From Actinomycetota bacterium (GTDB taxonomy: Bacteria > Actinomycetota > UBA4738 > HRBIN12), in contig JBBECT010000005.1 of NCBI GenBank assembly GCA_040881665.1, positions 524,138 to 588,137 on the forward strand: a stretch of DNA of 64,000 nt, in the 5' to 3' direction. This document shows, piece after piece, positions 9,110 through 18,487 of this stretch. Made by a program: the position numbers and the translations under genes. The notes beneath the pieces are model-generated. The model was given only the letters and a program-made list of their open reading frames with translations, had not been told where the DNA came from and made no database searches. How positions within the stretch are numbered: the stretch's first letter is position 1; each line of letters begins with the position of its first letter.

Positions 9110-12013
9110 CTACGGCGTCGGGGTTTCCGTCGGGCTCGCCGTGACCGTCGGGGTCGCGGAGGGCTCCGGTGCCGGCGCGGGTTCGCCGAGTCCGCCGACG
9201 TCGACGCCGCGCTCACGCAGCCGCTGGGCGAGCTCGTCGGCATCCTGGACCAGGTCCTGGGCAGCGTCGATCTCGGACTCGTACGTAGCCAGGTCGCCCG
9301 CTTCGAGCGCCGCGTCGGCCGCCGCGAAGCGCGCGAGGGCCTCGGTGATCAGCTCGGCCAGCCGCTGCTGCCCGCCGCCCTCGGGAGCCTCACCCTCACC
9401 CTCGCTCCCGTCGGTCTGGCCGACGAAGGAATCGGTCAACGCCTCTTCGAGCGTGTCTCCGAATCCGATCCGGGTGCCGTTGCCGACGAGCACGAACGTC
9501 AGCTCGGGGATCGAGTTCTCCTGCCGGGCCTGCACGTAGACCGGCTGCACATAGAGGATCGAGTCCTCGATCGGGATCACGAGGAAGTCGCCGAAGAGCA
9601 CGTCCGATCCTGCCGAGGTCAGCAACGTGCGCTGCGCGGAGAACCGCGGCTCGGCGTTGATCCGCGCGAAGATCTGCGTCGGTCCCTCCACGTTCCGGGT
9701 CGACGGGAACTCGTAGCTGATCAGCCCCCCGTAGTCGTCGGGGTCGGACCGCGCCGCCATCCAGGCCACCATGTTCTGTCGCCCTTCGGGCGTGAACGGC
9801 AGGATCAGCGCGAACTCCTCGGTCTCCTCGTCGGGAAGCGTCATGAGCACGTAGTAGGGATCCAGCGGGGGCCGGGCGGTCCCGGCGGCGTCGACCCCCG
9901 AGGGGTCCTGGGCGATCTGCCAGAAGTCCTGCTTCTGATAGAAGACGTCGGGGTCGTCGACGTGGTAGTCGGCGAACTGCTCGGCCTGGACCTGGAAGAG
10001 GTTCTCGGGATAGCGGAAGTGCTCGCGGAGCTCGGTGGGCGCCTCGGATCCCGGCGTGAACAGGTCGGGGAACGCACGGCCCCACACCTGGATCATCGGG
10101 TCCTCCGGGTCGACGACGTAGTAGGTCATCGTCCCGTCGTAGGCGTCGACGACGACCTTCACCGAGTTCCGGATGTAGTTGGCCGTGCCGCGCAGGGCGT
10201 CCTTGGTCGGACCCGCCAGGTCCATCCGCTGCGAGTAGGGATAGTCGGCGCTCGTCGTGTAGGCGTCCCAGATCCACTGCACGCGCCCGTCGATCACCGC
10301 GGCGTACGGATCGGCATCGAACTCGAGGAACGGAGCCGCGCGGCTCGCCCGCTCACGGATGTCGCGATACATCATGAGCCGGCTGTCGCCGTCGATCAGG
10401 CCCGACAGCACGAGGTTCACATCGCGGAAGTGGTAGGCGAACACGGCGCGCTGCAGCAGGTTCCCCATCTGGATGCCGCCGGTGCCGTCGTACCGGTAGG
10501 TGACCTGCTCGTCGGCTCCGTCGGTCGTTCCCTGGTAGTCGAGCTCGTCGGCTTGGGTGCCGACGACCACGAACGGGGCGGCGTCGTCGTTCTCGCCGTA
10601 GTAGATCCGTGGTTGCTCTTCGAGCGGAGGGTCACCGATCGGTGGGATGTCGCGGAGCGTGAACACGGGCAGACCCTCGCTGGTCGCCGAGTTCGGCAGG
10701 GACGCCACGGCCCCGAACCCGTGCGTGTAGACGAGGTGGGTGTTCTGCCAGGTACGTCCCCCTTCGGGGATCCCCGCCTGATCGATCTCGCGCACCGACA
10801 GCATCGTCATCCGGCGGTCGCCGTCGATCTCGTAGCGGTCCACGTCGACGTCGAGGAAGTCGTAGTACTGGCGGATCCGCTGGAGCGTTCCGTAGACCTC
10901 CTGGAGGGTCGGCTCGGGGCGCCACAACCGGATGTTCGAGACGGTCGTAGCGTTGCTCTCGATCTGCTCGGGTCGCACCTCGGACTCGACCGGGCGCTCC
11001 GACACCGCGATGTCACGGTCGGGCGAGATCTTGAACGCGCGCTGCGTGAACTCGATGTTGTCTTCGATGTACGGGCGCTCTCGTTGCAGCTCCTGGGGAT
11101 CGACGCTGAAGCGTTGCACGGCGGCGGGGATCAGCGCCCCTGCGACGATCGACACGAGAGCGAGCAGACCGACGCCGATCACCGGCAACGCCCAGTTCTT
11201 CCTCCAGATGTTCGCGAAGAACAGGACCGCGCAGGCGAGCGCGATGAAGGTGAGCAATCGCAACGCCGGGAGCTGCGCCTTCACGTCGGTGTACGACGCG
11301 CCGGTCACCACCCCACGCGAGGACACGAGCAGATCGAACGTGCCGAGGTAGTAGCCCCACGCCTTCACGACCAGGATCAGACCGAGCAGCGTCGACAGAT
11401 GCGCGCGCACCTGCGGCGTCGCCTTGTCCGCGAACGCAGGAGCCTGCGGACGGATCCCACCCCACAGGTAGTGGGCGACGGCCGTGATGACCGTGACGCC
11501 CGCGAGCGCGGAGAACAGCCACCCCTGGACGAACTTCCACCACGGGAGCGAGAAGATGTAGAAGGCCGGGTCACGCCCGAACAGCGGATCGGCGACCCCG
11601 AAGCTCGCATCGCCGGCGTTCCGCCACAGCAGGAACACCTCCCACCGGGTTGACGCCGCGACCCCGACGAACAGTGCGATCACGCCCGCGAGCGTGGGGA
11701 GGATCCATCGCAGCGACGGCTCGACCTGGAGGCGGTACCGCTCGAAGATCTCCTGCTCCGCGGTGATCGCTCGGAACGGCGGCTTCAAGCGGCGAACGAT
11801 CAACAGGTTCGCGTAGAGCAGTCCGAAGAAGAGGAGACCGAACAGGACGGTGAGCGATCCGCGCGCCCGGATCGTCGTCCAGAACACCCGCGAGAGATCG
11901 ACTTCCCGGTACCAGAGGATGTCGACCCACAGGCTCGAGAAGACCGTGAACAGCACGACTGTGATCGCCACAGCGGCGACGACGTACACACCGATCCGGC
12001 GTCGACGCGGCAT
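9110..12013 (-). CDS. UPF0182-family large polytopic membrane protein (Rv3193c-like)
   Basis: About 967 aa. Has N-terminal multi-TM helices and a large soluble domain with the conserved W/Y-rich UPF0182 signature. Start taken at the ATG at 12013. Confidence 0.85.
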   Translation of the reverse strand: MPRRRRIGVYVVAAVAITVVLFTVFSSLWVDILWYREVDLSRVFWTTIRARGSLTVLFGLLFFGLLYANLLIVRRLKPPFRAITAEQEIFERYRLQVEPSLRWILPTLAGVIALFVGVAASTRWEVFLLWRNAGDASFGVADPLFGRDPAFYIFSLPWWKFVQGWLFSALAGVTVITAVAHYLWGGIRPQAPAFADKATPQVRAHLSTLLGLILVVKAWGYYLGTFDLLVSSRGVVTGASYTDVKAQLPALRLLTFIALACAVLFFANIWRKNWALPVIGVGLLALVSIVAGALIPAAVQRFSVDPQELQRERPYIEDNIEFTQRAFKISPDRDIAVSERPVESEVRPEQIESNATTVSNIRLWRPEPTLQEVYGTLQRIRQYYDFLDVDVDRYEIDGDRRMTMLSVREIDQAGIPEGGRTWQNTHLVYTHGFGAVASLPNSATSEGLPVFTLRDIPPIGDPPLEEQPRIYYGENDDAAPFVVVGTQADELDYQGTTDGADEQVTYRYDGTGGIQMGNLLQRAVFAYHFRDVNLVLSGLIDGDSRLMMYRDIRERASRAAPFLEFDADPYAAVIDGRVQWIWDAYTTSADYPYSQRMDLAGPTKDALRGTANYIRNSVKVVVDAYDGTMTYYVVDPEDPMIQVWGRAFPDLFTPGSEAPTELREHFRYPENLFQVQAEQFADYHVDDPDVFYQKQDFWQIAQDPSGVDAAGTARPPLDPYYVLMTLPDEETEEFALILPFTPEGRQNMVAWMAARSDPDDYGGLISYEFPSTRNVEGPTQIFARINAEPRFSAQRTLLTSAGSDVLFGDFLVIPIEDSILYVQPVYVQARQENSIPELTFVLVGNGTRIGFGDTLEEALTDSFVGQTDGSEGEGEAPEGGGQQRLAELITEALARFAAADAALEAGDLATYESEIDAAQDLVQDADELAQRLRERGVDVGGLGEPAPAPEPSATPTVTASPTETPTP

Positions 12014-12166
12014 CTGAGCTGCGATGCGAACCACGAGCCGGGGCAACCTCCGAACTTGTCGACGGGATGCCGGGCCGTCCGGACCCGGTGCGCGGCAGCC
12101 TAGCACCGGCGTGCGGAACAGGTGTCCGGTGGGAGCCACCGCGATCCGGCGGTCGCCCCGGGCCGA

Positions 12167-13195
12167 TCAGGCGGCGGCGTCCTCCACTCGCGCTTGGCCG
12201 CCGGTCTCGAGCAGGTAGTCGAGCGCTCCGCGGAACGTCTCGATCTCGACGAGCTGGAGGCCGTCGGGGGCGACCTCCTGGGCAGCAGCGAAGTCGTCGG
12301 CCGGGACCAGGAGCGCCTCGGCGCCCGAGCGGTCGGCGGCCACGACCTTCTCCTCGATGCCACCGATCGGTCCGACACGTCCGCTCGGAACGATCGTGCC
12401 GGTCCCGGCGATCGTCCGACCGGCCGCCAGATCGCCGGGCGTCATCAGATCGTAGAGCGCGACGGCGAACATCAACCCCGCGGAGGAACCGCCGACGTCA
12501 CCGCTGCGGATCTCCACGTCGATCGGAAAGACCTCGACCATCGAGACACCGACGATCGGATCCCGAGAGCCTCCGCAGCGCTCCCGGACGAGCCGGACGC
12601 GCTCGGGGACGTCGGTTCCCAGCGCACGCACCTCGAAGGTCAGGGCCTCGCCCGGACCCGCGGCATCGATCAGGGCGCCCGCCGCGCGGGGATCGGCGAC
12701 CGTCCGGCCGTCGATCGCGGTCACGACGTCTCCGGGGAACAGCGCACCGTCCGCCGAGCAATCGGGGACGACCTGGCGGATCAACGCGCCGGTCCCGCGC
12801 TCTTCCGGGTAGTCGATCAACTCGCGCAGCACCACGTAGGTGGCGTCGATCTTGCTGGTGTCCATGTCGGAGATCGCGAGCCGCTCCTCTTCTTCAGCCG
12901 TGAGGCCCGGCGGGTAGAGCACCGATTCGTCGACGACGGCCAGGTTCGGATCGATCCACGCGAACAGCGAACCCATCGCCGTGAGCTGTTCGGCCTCGAT
13001 CGTGGTCATCACGAACCGGCCCCGCGCGTCGTACACGGGGGCTCCTTCGACCGTGATCAGCGGGCGGACCTCGCGCGCCGGGCCGGGACCGATCGCGTAG
13101 TACGGAAGGCGGACCCACCCCGCGAGGAAGGCGGCGGCGAGCACGCCGACGACCCACAGGGCGGCGAGCATCGTTCGGAACCGGGAGGTCGGCAT
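12167..13195 (-). CDS. PDZ-domain protein with a Lon-type (S16) C-terminal protease domain (YlbL/Rv3194c-like)
   Basis: N-terminal TM anchor, then a PDZ region (GDVVTAIDGRTV), then a Lon proteolytic domain with SAGLMFAVALYDLMT around the catalytic Ser. It sits next to the UPF0182 gene, as in mycobacteria. Confidence 0.8.
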   Translation of the reverse strand: MPTSRFRTMLAALWVVGVLAAAFLAGWVRLPYYAIGPGPAREVRPLITVEGAPVYDARGRFVMTTIEAEQLTAMGSLFAWIDPNLAVVDESVLYPPGLTAEEEERLAISDMDTSKIDATYVVLRELIDYPEERGTGALIRQVVPDCSADGALFPGDVVTAIDGRTVADPRAAGALIDAAGPGEALTFEVRALGTDVPERVRLVRERCGGSRDPIVGVSMVEVFPIDVEIRSGDVGGSSAGLMFAVALYDLMTPGDLAAGRTIAGTGTIVPSGRVGPIGGIEEKVVAADRSGAEALLVPADDFAAAQEVAPDGLQLVEIETFRGALDYLLETGGQARVEDAAA

Positions 13196-13313
13196 CGGCG
13201 TCCATCGTACGGGCCGGCCGCACCGATCCGTCCCGGTGCTTCTGGGCGGGAAGGGCTCCCGGGCCCGACCGTGCCGCTAGGCTTAGGGCCCGCACGAGGA
13301 GGGTGACGACGAG

Positions 13314-13649
13314 ATGTGGGTAGGCGCTGTGCTCGCGGTCTCGCTGATCGCGGGTGCGCTCGTGTACGTCTTGGCCTTGAAGGTGACAGGCACCGACGTC
13401 CCGCGGGCCCCCGTGGCGGGGGGCACAGAGGCCGACCCGGGGGCGGTCCCCCGGACGGTTCGGCTCTCGGCGATCCCCGGCACGACGTTCCTGCCCGTCT
13501 CGGTCATCAGGACGCCGCTGCGCGCGCGACTGCTCGGGCTGCTGGGTCTCCTGCTGTTGGTCGCGATCTCGGCGATCGTGCTGATGCTCGTGGTCGTGGG
13601 CGGGGGACGACTGTTCGGATGGGCGCTCGAGAGCTACTTCGGGGGCTGA
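13314..13649 (+). CDS. Small hypothetical membrane protein (two predicted TM helices)
   Basis: High third-position GC and two hydrophobic helices. No recognisable family. Confidence 0.45.
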   Translation: MWVGAVLAVSLIAGALVYVLALKVTGTDVPRAPVAGGTEADPGAVPRTVRLSAIPGTTFLPVSVIRTPLRARLLGLLGLLLLVAISAIVLMLVVVGGGRLFGWALESYFGG

Positions 13650-13662
13650 GCCCGGCCTCTCC

Positions 13663-14670
13663 CTACCGGGGCCGAACGAGTTGGAACGAGCTCTGGTAGT
13701 CCGACAGATGCTCGAGCATCACGCCGGCGCCGCGAACGACGGTCTGCAACGGGTCCTCGGCCACGTGCACGGGGACCTCGCACTCCTGGGCGAGCAGCAT
13801 GTCCATCCCACGCAGCAGCGCTCCCCCGCCCGCGAGGAAGATGCCGGTCTCGAGCACGTCGTGGGTCAGCTCGGCGGGCGCCGCGGCGAGGATCCCGCGA
13901 GCGGCCTCCACGATTCCGGCGATCGGCGGGCCCATCGCCTGGCGCACCTCGCGTTCGTTGATCTCCAGCTCGACGGTGCCGCCCGTTCCCAGGTCGCGGC
14001 CGGGAACGATCGCGGCCCGCTCCTGCGGCAAGGGGAACGCGGATCCGATCGCGATCTTCAGCTCCTCGGCCGTCTTCTCGCCGATCGCGATGTTGTACTC
14101 GGCGCGAAGGTGCTCCTGGATCGCCGAGTCGAGGTCGAACCCGCCGACGCGGACCGACGATCCGGCCACGATGCCACCCATCGAGATCACGGCCATCTCG
14201 GAGTTCCCGCCCCCGATGTCGACGATCAGGTTCCCGATCGGCTCGTGGATCGGCAGGTTCGATCCGATCGCGGCCGCGAGCGGTTCCTCGACGAGCACGA
14301 CGTTGCGCCCACCGGCGCGCACGATCGCTTCTTCGACGGCTCGGCGCTCGACCGGTGAGCTCGACGACGGAACGCATACGAGGATCCGGGGCCGCGGGAA
14401 CCGTGACAGTCCGATCCGACGCAGCATCGCGTTGACCATCTTCTCGGTGATGTCGTACTCGGTCATGACGCCGTGGCGCATCGGACGCATCGCGACGACG
14501 CTTCCGCGCGTCCCGCCGATCGCCTGCCACGCGGCCTCCCCGAGCGCCACGACCTCGCCGGTGTTGCCATCGAGCGCAACGACTGCGGGCTCGTTCAGCA
14601 CGAGCCCGTCGCCCTGACGGTAGATCAGGGTGTTCGCCGTCCCGAGATCGATCGCGAGGTCGCGTCCCAT
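13663..14670 (-). CDS. mreB: Rod-shape-determining actin homologue MreB/Mbl
   Basis: Has the DLGTANTLIY phosphate-1 motif, VDIGGG, and AGGGALLRG adenosine motifs, with full-length identity to MreB. Confidence 0.85.
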   Translation of the reverse strand: MGRDLAIDLGTANTLIYRQGDGLVLNEPAVVALDGNTGEVVALGEAAWQAIGGTRGSVVAMRPMRHGVMTEYDITEKMVNAMLRRIGLSRFPRPRILVCVPSSSSPVERRAVEEAIVRAGGRNVVLVEEPLAAAIGSNLPIHEPIGNLIVDIGGGNSEMAVISMGGIVAGSSVRVGGFDLDSAIQEHLRAEYNIAIGEKTAEELKIAIGSAFPLPQERAAIVPGRDLGTGGTVELEINEREVRQAMGPPIAGIVEAARGILAAAPAELTHDVLETGIFLAGGGALLRGMDMLLAQECEVPVHVAEDPLQTVVRGAGVMLEHLSDYQSSFQLVRPR

Positions 14671-15105
14671 CTACGACCCCATCACCCAATGCGCCTCGCC
14701 ACCGGTGAGGGCCTCCTTCTTCCAGATCGGCACATCCTGCTTGATCCGTTCGATCCCGTGCCGACACGCCTCGAACGCCTCGGGCCGGTGCGGCGCCGAG
14801 GCGGCGATCACGACCGAGATCTCGCCGACCCCGAGCGAGCCCGTCCGATGCAGCAGCGCCGTCCCCGTGGTCGGCCAGCGATCGAGCATCTCCCGACCCA
14901 CCGCTTCCAGGCGAGAGCGTGCCTCGTCCTCCCAGGCCTCGTAGGTAAGACCGGTGACCTCGCCAGCGTCGGATCGGTGCCGGACGGTTCCCAGGAACAC
15001 GCAGGTCGCGCCCGCCGCGGGGTCGGAAACGAAGCGCACCGCCTCGTCGACGGAGAGCACCTCGGACGTGACACGGACCATGAGCAGGTCGGGCACGGCC
15101 GTCAT
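14671..15105 (-). CDS. moaE: Molybdopterin synthase catalytic subunit MoaE
   Basis: MoaE signature (...FLGTVR..., HRTG..GE, C-terminal VPIWKKE). Its stop directly abuts the mreB start. Confidence 0.85.
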   Translation of the reverse strand: MTAVPDLLMVRVTSEVLSVDEAVRFVSDPAAGATCVFLGTVRHRSDAGEVTGLTYEAWEDEARSRLEAVGREMLDRWPTTGTALLHRTGSLGVGEISVVIAASAPHRPEAFEACRHGIERIKQDVPIWKKEALTGGEAHWVMGS

Positions 15106-15125
15106 GCTACGGGGTCTGTCCTAGC

Positions 15126-16379
15126 ATGGCCGGTATGGGAGATGCGGACGGCGGCGGCGGCGGCTCGGGATCCGGTGGCTTCGGGTTCGGTGGCGGGGAC
15201 CCGGACGCGTTCGCCGACACCCCCCTGTTCCGCGAGATCCAACGGGTCATGGCCGCATCGGACGGGCCGATCAACTGGGAGCTCGCCCGGCAGGTCGGCA
15301 TCGCCACCGCGCAAGAAGGCAAGCCCGACCCCGAACCGACCGACGAAGACGGCGCCGGGTTCGTGAGCGCGGTCCGCGTGGCCGAGTTGCAGATCGCCGA
15401 GCTCACGGGACTCGACGCCCCCACCGACGTCGCGCAGGTGCGCGCGGTGCGCCGGGCGACGTGGGTCGAGGAGAACCTCACCGGCCTGCGGGAGCTCCTC
15501 GAGCCGGCCGCCGGCCGCGTCACCGAGACCCTCGCGTCGGCACAGGGCGGCGGCGATCTCGCCGCGCAACTCCCCGAGGAACTCCGGTCGCAACTGCCGC
15601 CGGGGTTCGAGCAGCAGTTGCAGCAAGCCGTGACGATGTTCTCCCCCCTGATGATGGGAACCCAGGTCGGCCAGACGCTCGGCTTCCTCGGACAGCATGT
15701 GCTCGGTCAGTACGACGTCGCCGTGCCGCGACCCGAGCCGGGAGCGCTGCTGTTCGTGGTTCCGAACATCGCGGCCTTCGAACAGGACTGGAGCCTGTCC
15801 CCCACCGATTTCCGAACCCTGATCGCGATCCACGAGGTCACGCACCGGTTCGAGTTCGCGCGGCCGTGGGCGGCGCCGCGTTTCCGCGAGCTGCTCGCCG
15901 ACTTCCTCTCGACGATGGAGGTCGACGCGGATCAACTGCGCGAGCGCATGGCCGGCATCGACCCGGCCGACCCCGAGGCGATGCGGCGCGCGGTCGAGGA
16001 GGGCGACGGTCTGTTCGGCACCGTGCTCGACGACGAGCAACGTCTGAAGCTCGGCCGGATCCAGGCGTTCATGGCAGCGGCCGAAGGCTACGGCGACCAC
16101 GTGATGCATGTGCTCGGGGCCAAGCTGCTCGCCGGCTACCCGCGGATCTCCGAGGCGATGCGGCGCTACCGGGAGACCGAGGTGCACGATCCGGTGTTCG
16201 AACGGCTGCTCGGTATCGAGATGAAACGCGACCAGTACCGGCAGGGCCGCGTCTTCTGCGACACCGTCGTGGAGCTCACCGACGAGCCGACGCTTACGAC
16301 GATGTGGTCCTCGGGCGAGGCGCTGCCCTCGTTGCCGGAGATCGAAGAGCCGCGCCTCTGGCTCGCCCGCAGCGCGTAG
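15126..16379 (+). CDS. Zinc-dependent metalloprotease (DUF2342 / TIGR03624-type)
   Basis: Gly-rich N-terminus. Has an HEVTH (HExxH) motif in a conserved context typical of actinobacterial DUF2342 hydrolases. Confidence 0.75.
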   Translation: MAGMGDADGGGGGSGSGGFGFGGGDPDAFADTPLFREIQRVMAASDGPINWELARQVGIATAQEGKPDPEPTDEDGAGFVSAVRVAELQIAELTGLDAPTDVAQVRAVRRATWVEENLTGLRELLEPAAGRVTETLASAQGGGDLAAQLPEELRSQLPPGFEQQLQQAVTMFSPLMMGTQVGQTLGFLGQHVLGQYDVAVPRPEPGALLFVVPNIAAFEQDWSLSPTDFRTLIAIHEVTHRFEFARPWAAPRFRELLADFLSTMEVDADQLRERMAGIDPADPEAMRRAVEEGDGLFGTVLDDEQRLKLGRIQAFMAAAEGYGDHVMHVLGAKLLAGYPRISEAMRRYRETEVHDPVFERLLGIEMKRDQYRQGRVFCDTVVELTDEPTLTTMWSSGEALPSLPEIEEPRLWLARSA

Positions 16380-16437
16380 CCGGGACCGGGGCTTCGCCGG
16401 GCGGGGCGGTCCCCACCCGCTATCATCAGCGCCCGAG

Positions 16438-17214
16438 ATGGCCGCAGGGGAGCTCGTCGCCGCAGGAGTGATCGACCAGCGCGTCTTCGGCGTGTACGGG
16501 GAGAACGGTCCCGACGGCGTGTACCTGCTGAACCAACCGGGCCGCGCGCTCCCCTTCACGATCTACCGAGCCTGGAAGGTTCCGACGGGCTTCGTGAACG
16601 AGGAGGTTCGGTTCATCGGTCCGTCGGGACGGACGATCTGGCGTCACGGCCCTCACGCGCGCCGGATGGTCGGCTCGATGGACCTCACGGTCTATGGCGA
16701 CACGATCGACGACGCCTTCTTCGACGAGACCGGCACCTACCTCGTGTCGTTCATGATCGACGACGAGATCGTGGGCGAGATCGATGTGCCGATCCATGTC
16801 CAGCAGGCCCCCACGAAACTCCCGAAAGAGGTCGAAGAGGGGCTGAAGAAGTCGGACGTGATCTGGGTCGGCGTCGAGGGCGACCCGCACCGGCAGGTGC
16901 CCGCCTGGTTCGCCTACAGGAACGGCAAGATCCTGCTGCTCTCGCAGAAGGAGAGCGGCCCGCAGGAACAGAGCATCCCCGGCATCCCCGGCGTGAAGGA
17001 GCTGCAGGTCGTGACCCGCCGGAAGGGTCGCGACACCTCCCTCGACGCGTTCCCGGCGTCTGTCCGGCTCCTGGTCGGTCCCGAGTGGGAGGAGGCTGCG
17101 AAGGCGCTCGTCGACCGGCGACGCAGCCGATTGGGCCCTCCCGCCGAGTCGCTGCAACGATGGCGTGGCTCGGTCGACATCGCCGAGCTCACACCGATCG
17201 TCGGGAACGCGTGA
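16438..17214 (+). CDS. Conserved hypothetical protein
   Basis: ORF with coding-like composition between the metalloprotease and DAHP synthase. No recognisable motif. Confidence 0.5.
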   Translation: MAAGELVAAGVIDQRVFGVYGENGPDGVYLLNQPGRALPFTIYRAWKVPTGFVNEEVRFIGPSGRTIWRHGPHARRMVGSMDLTVYGDTIDDAFFDETGTYLVSFMIDDEIVGEIDVPIHVQQAPTKLPKEVEEGLKKSDVIWVGVEGDPHRQVPAWFAYRNGKILLLSQKESGPQEQSIPGIPGVKELQVVTRRKGRDTSLDAFPASVRLLVGPEWEEAAKALVDRRRSRLGPPAESLQRWRGSVDIAELTPIVGNA

Positions 17215-17220
17215 CCTCGG

Positions 17221-18237
17221 TCAGCCCCAGGTCCGGCCGATCGCACCGCTGACCGCCCGGAGCTGATCGCCCAGTTCCTTCAACGCCTCGGACGTGAGCG
17301 CCTGGGGTCCGTCGCAGAGCGCCTTCGCGGGGTCGGGATGGGTGTCGATCATCACCGCGTCGGCCCCCGCCGCGGCGGCCGCGAGGGCGAGCGGCGCGAC
17401 GAGCTCGCGGATGCCGCTCGCGTGCGACGGATCGACGATCACGGGCAGGTGGCTCTCGTTCTGCGCCACGAGCATCCCCCCGAGGTCGAGCGTGTTCCGC
17501 GTCGCTGTCTCGAAGGTGCGGATCCCGCGTTCGCACAGGATCACCTCCGAGTTGCCGCGCTGCGCGACGTACTCGGCGGCCATGAGCCACTCCTCGATCG
17601 TGCTCGAGAGGCCGCGCTTGACCATGACCGGCTTGCGCGCCTGCCCGACTTCCTTGAGCAGCTCGAAGTTCTGCATGTTCCGGGTCCCGATCTGGAGCGC
17701 ATCCGCGTGTTGGGCGACGAGCTCGACGTGCCGCGCGTCGACGACCTCGGTGATGATCGGCAGGCCGAGCTCCTCGCGCACCTGCGTCAGGATCGCGAGC
17801 CCGCGTTCCCCCAGTCCCTGGAACGAGTACGGCGAGGTCCGCGGCTTGTAGGCACCACCCCGAAGGACTGTTGCCCCCGCGTCGGCGGCGGCGCGGCACG
17901 CGGCGAGAGCCTGCTCTTCGCTCTCGACCGCGCAGGGTCCGGCGATCAGCGTGAACGAGTCGCGGCCGATCGGCACGTGCCCGATCTTCACCGTCGTCGT
18001 GTCCGGGTGCAGGTCGCGCGCGACCATCTTGTAGGGCTTGCCGACCTGGATCACGTGGTCGACGCCCTCGAGCTGCTGCAGCTCGAGTCCCTGGAACCGC
18101 GCGGTGTCGCCGACGAGCCCGATGATCGTGTGCACGGTGCCCCGGGAGACGAACGCCTCGCCGCCCGCCTCGCGGACCATCTCTGCCACGGCGGCGATCT
18201 GCTCGTCCGTCGCCCCGAACTTCATCACCACGACCAT
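17221..18237 (-). CDS. 3-deoxy-7-phosphoheptulonate (DAHP) synthase, type I-beta, with N-terminal ferredoxin-like regulatory domain
   Basis: Has the KPRTSPYSFQGLG and GNSEVILCERGIRTFE motifs of KDO8PS-like DAHPS. The ~70-aa N-terminal extension matches Thermotoga/Bacillus-type enzymes. Confidence 0.85.
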   Translation of the reverse strand: MVVVMKFGATDEQIAAVAEMVREAGGEAFVSRGTVHTIIGLVGDTARFQGLELQQLEGVDHVIQVGKPYKMVARDLHPDTTTVKIGHVPIGRDSFTLIAGPCAVESEEQALAACRAAADAGATVLRGGAYKPRTSPYSFQGLGERGLAILTQVREELGLPIITEVVDARHVELVAQHADALQIGTRNMQNFELLKEVGQARKPVMVKRGLSSTIEEWLMAAEYVAQRGNSEVILCERGIRTFETATRNTLDLGGMLVAQNESHLPVIVDPSHASGIRELVAPLALAAAAAGADAVMIDTHPDPAKALCDGPQALTSEALKELGDQLRAVSGAIGRTWG

Positions 18238-18281
18238 CTGCCTGCTCCTCGTCTTCAGCTCCGATGGAACGTCCGGGGCTC

Positions 18282-18312
18282 AAGAAAGAACCCCGGGTCG
18301 GTCGGCCCGGGG
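18282..18312 (-). terminator. Intrinsic terminator on the minus strand, downstream of the BMP lipoprotein gene
   Basis: Perfect GC stem ccccggg/cccgggg (18291-18312) with an 8-nt loop. Read on the minus strand it is followed by uucuuucuu (plus-strand aagaaagaa at 18282-18290). Confidence 0.55.
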
Positions 18313-18487
18313 TCCCCTGCGGTGTGGATGCGGCAGGCGCCTACCCCGGGCTGTGCCCGAAGTAGGGAAACCGGCGATCGTCGCGGGCGCCTCGCATCGC
18401 CTCTATTGTGCGGGCGAGCTGGGGCGATGGCAACCCTCGGGGCGTCCCGGCGACCGTCGCCCGACGGTGCCGACCCGGGCATCCGGC

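Noticed and set aside
8456-11653. 1065-aa plus-strand ORF
   Set aside because: It lies entirely antisense to the well-supported UPF0182 gene. The translation is Arg/Asp/Gly-rich low complexity typical of the wrong strand in 70% GC DNA.
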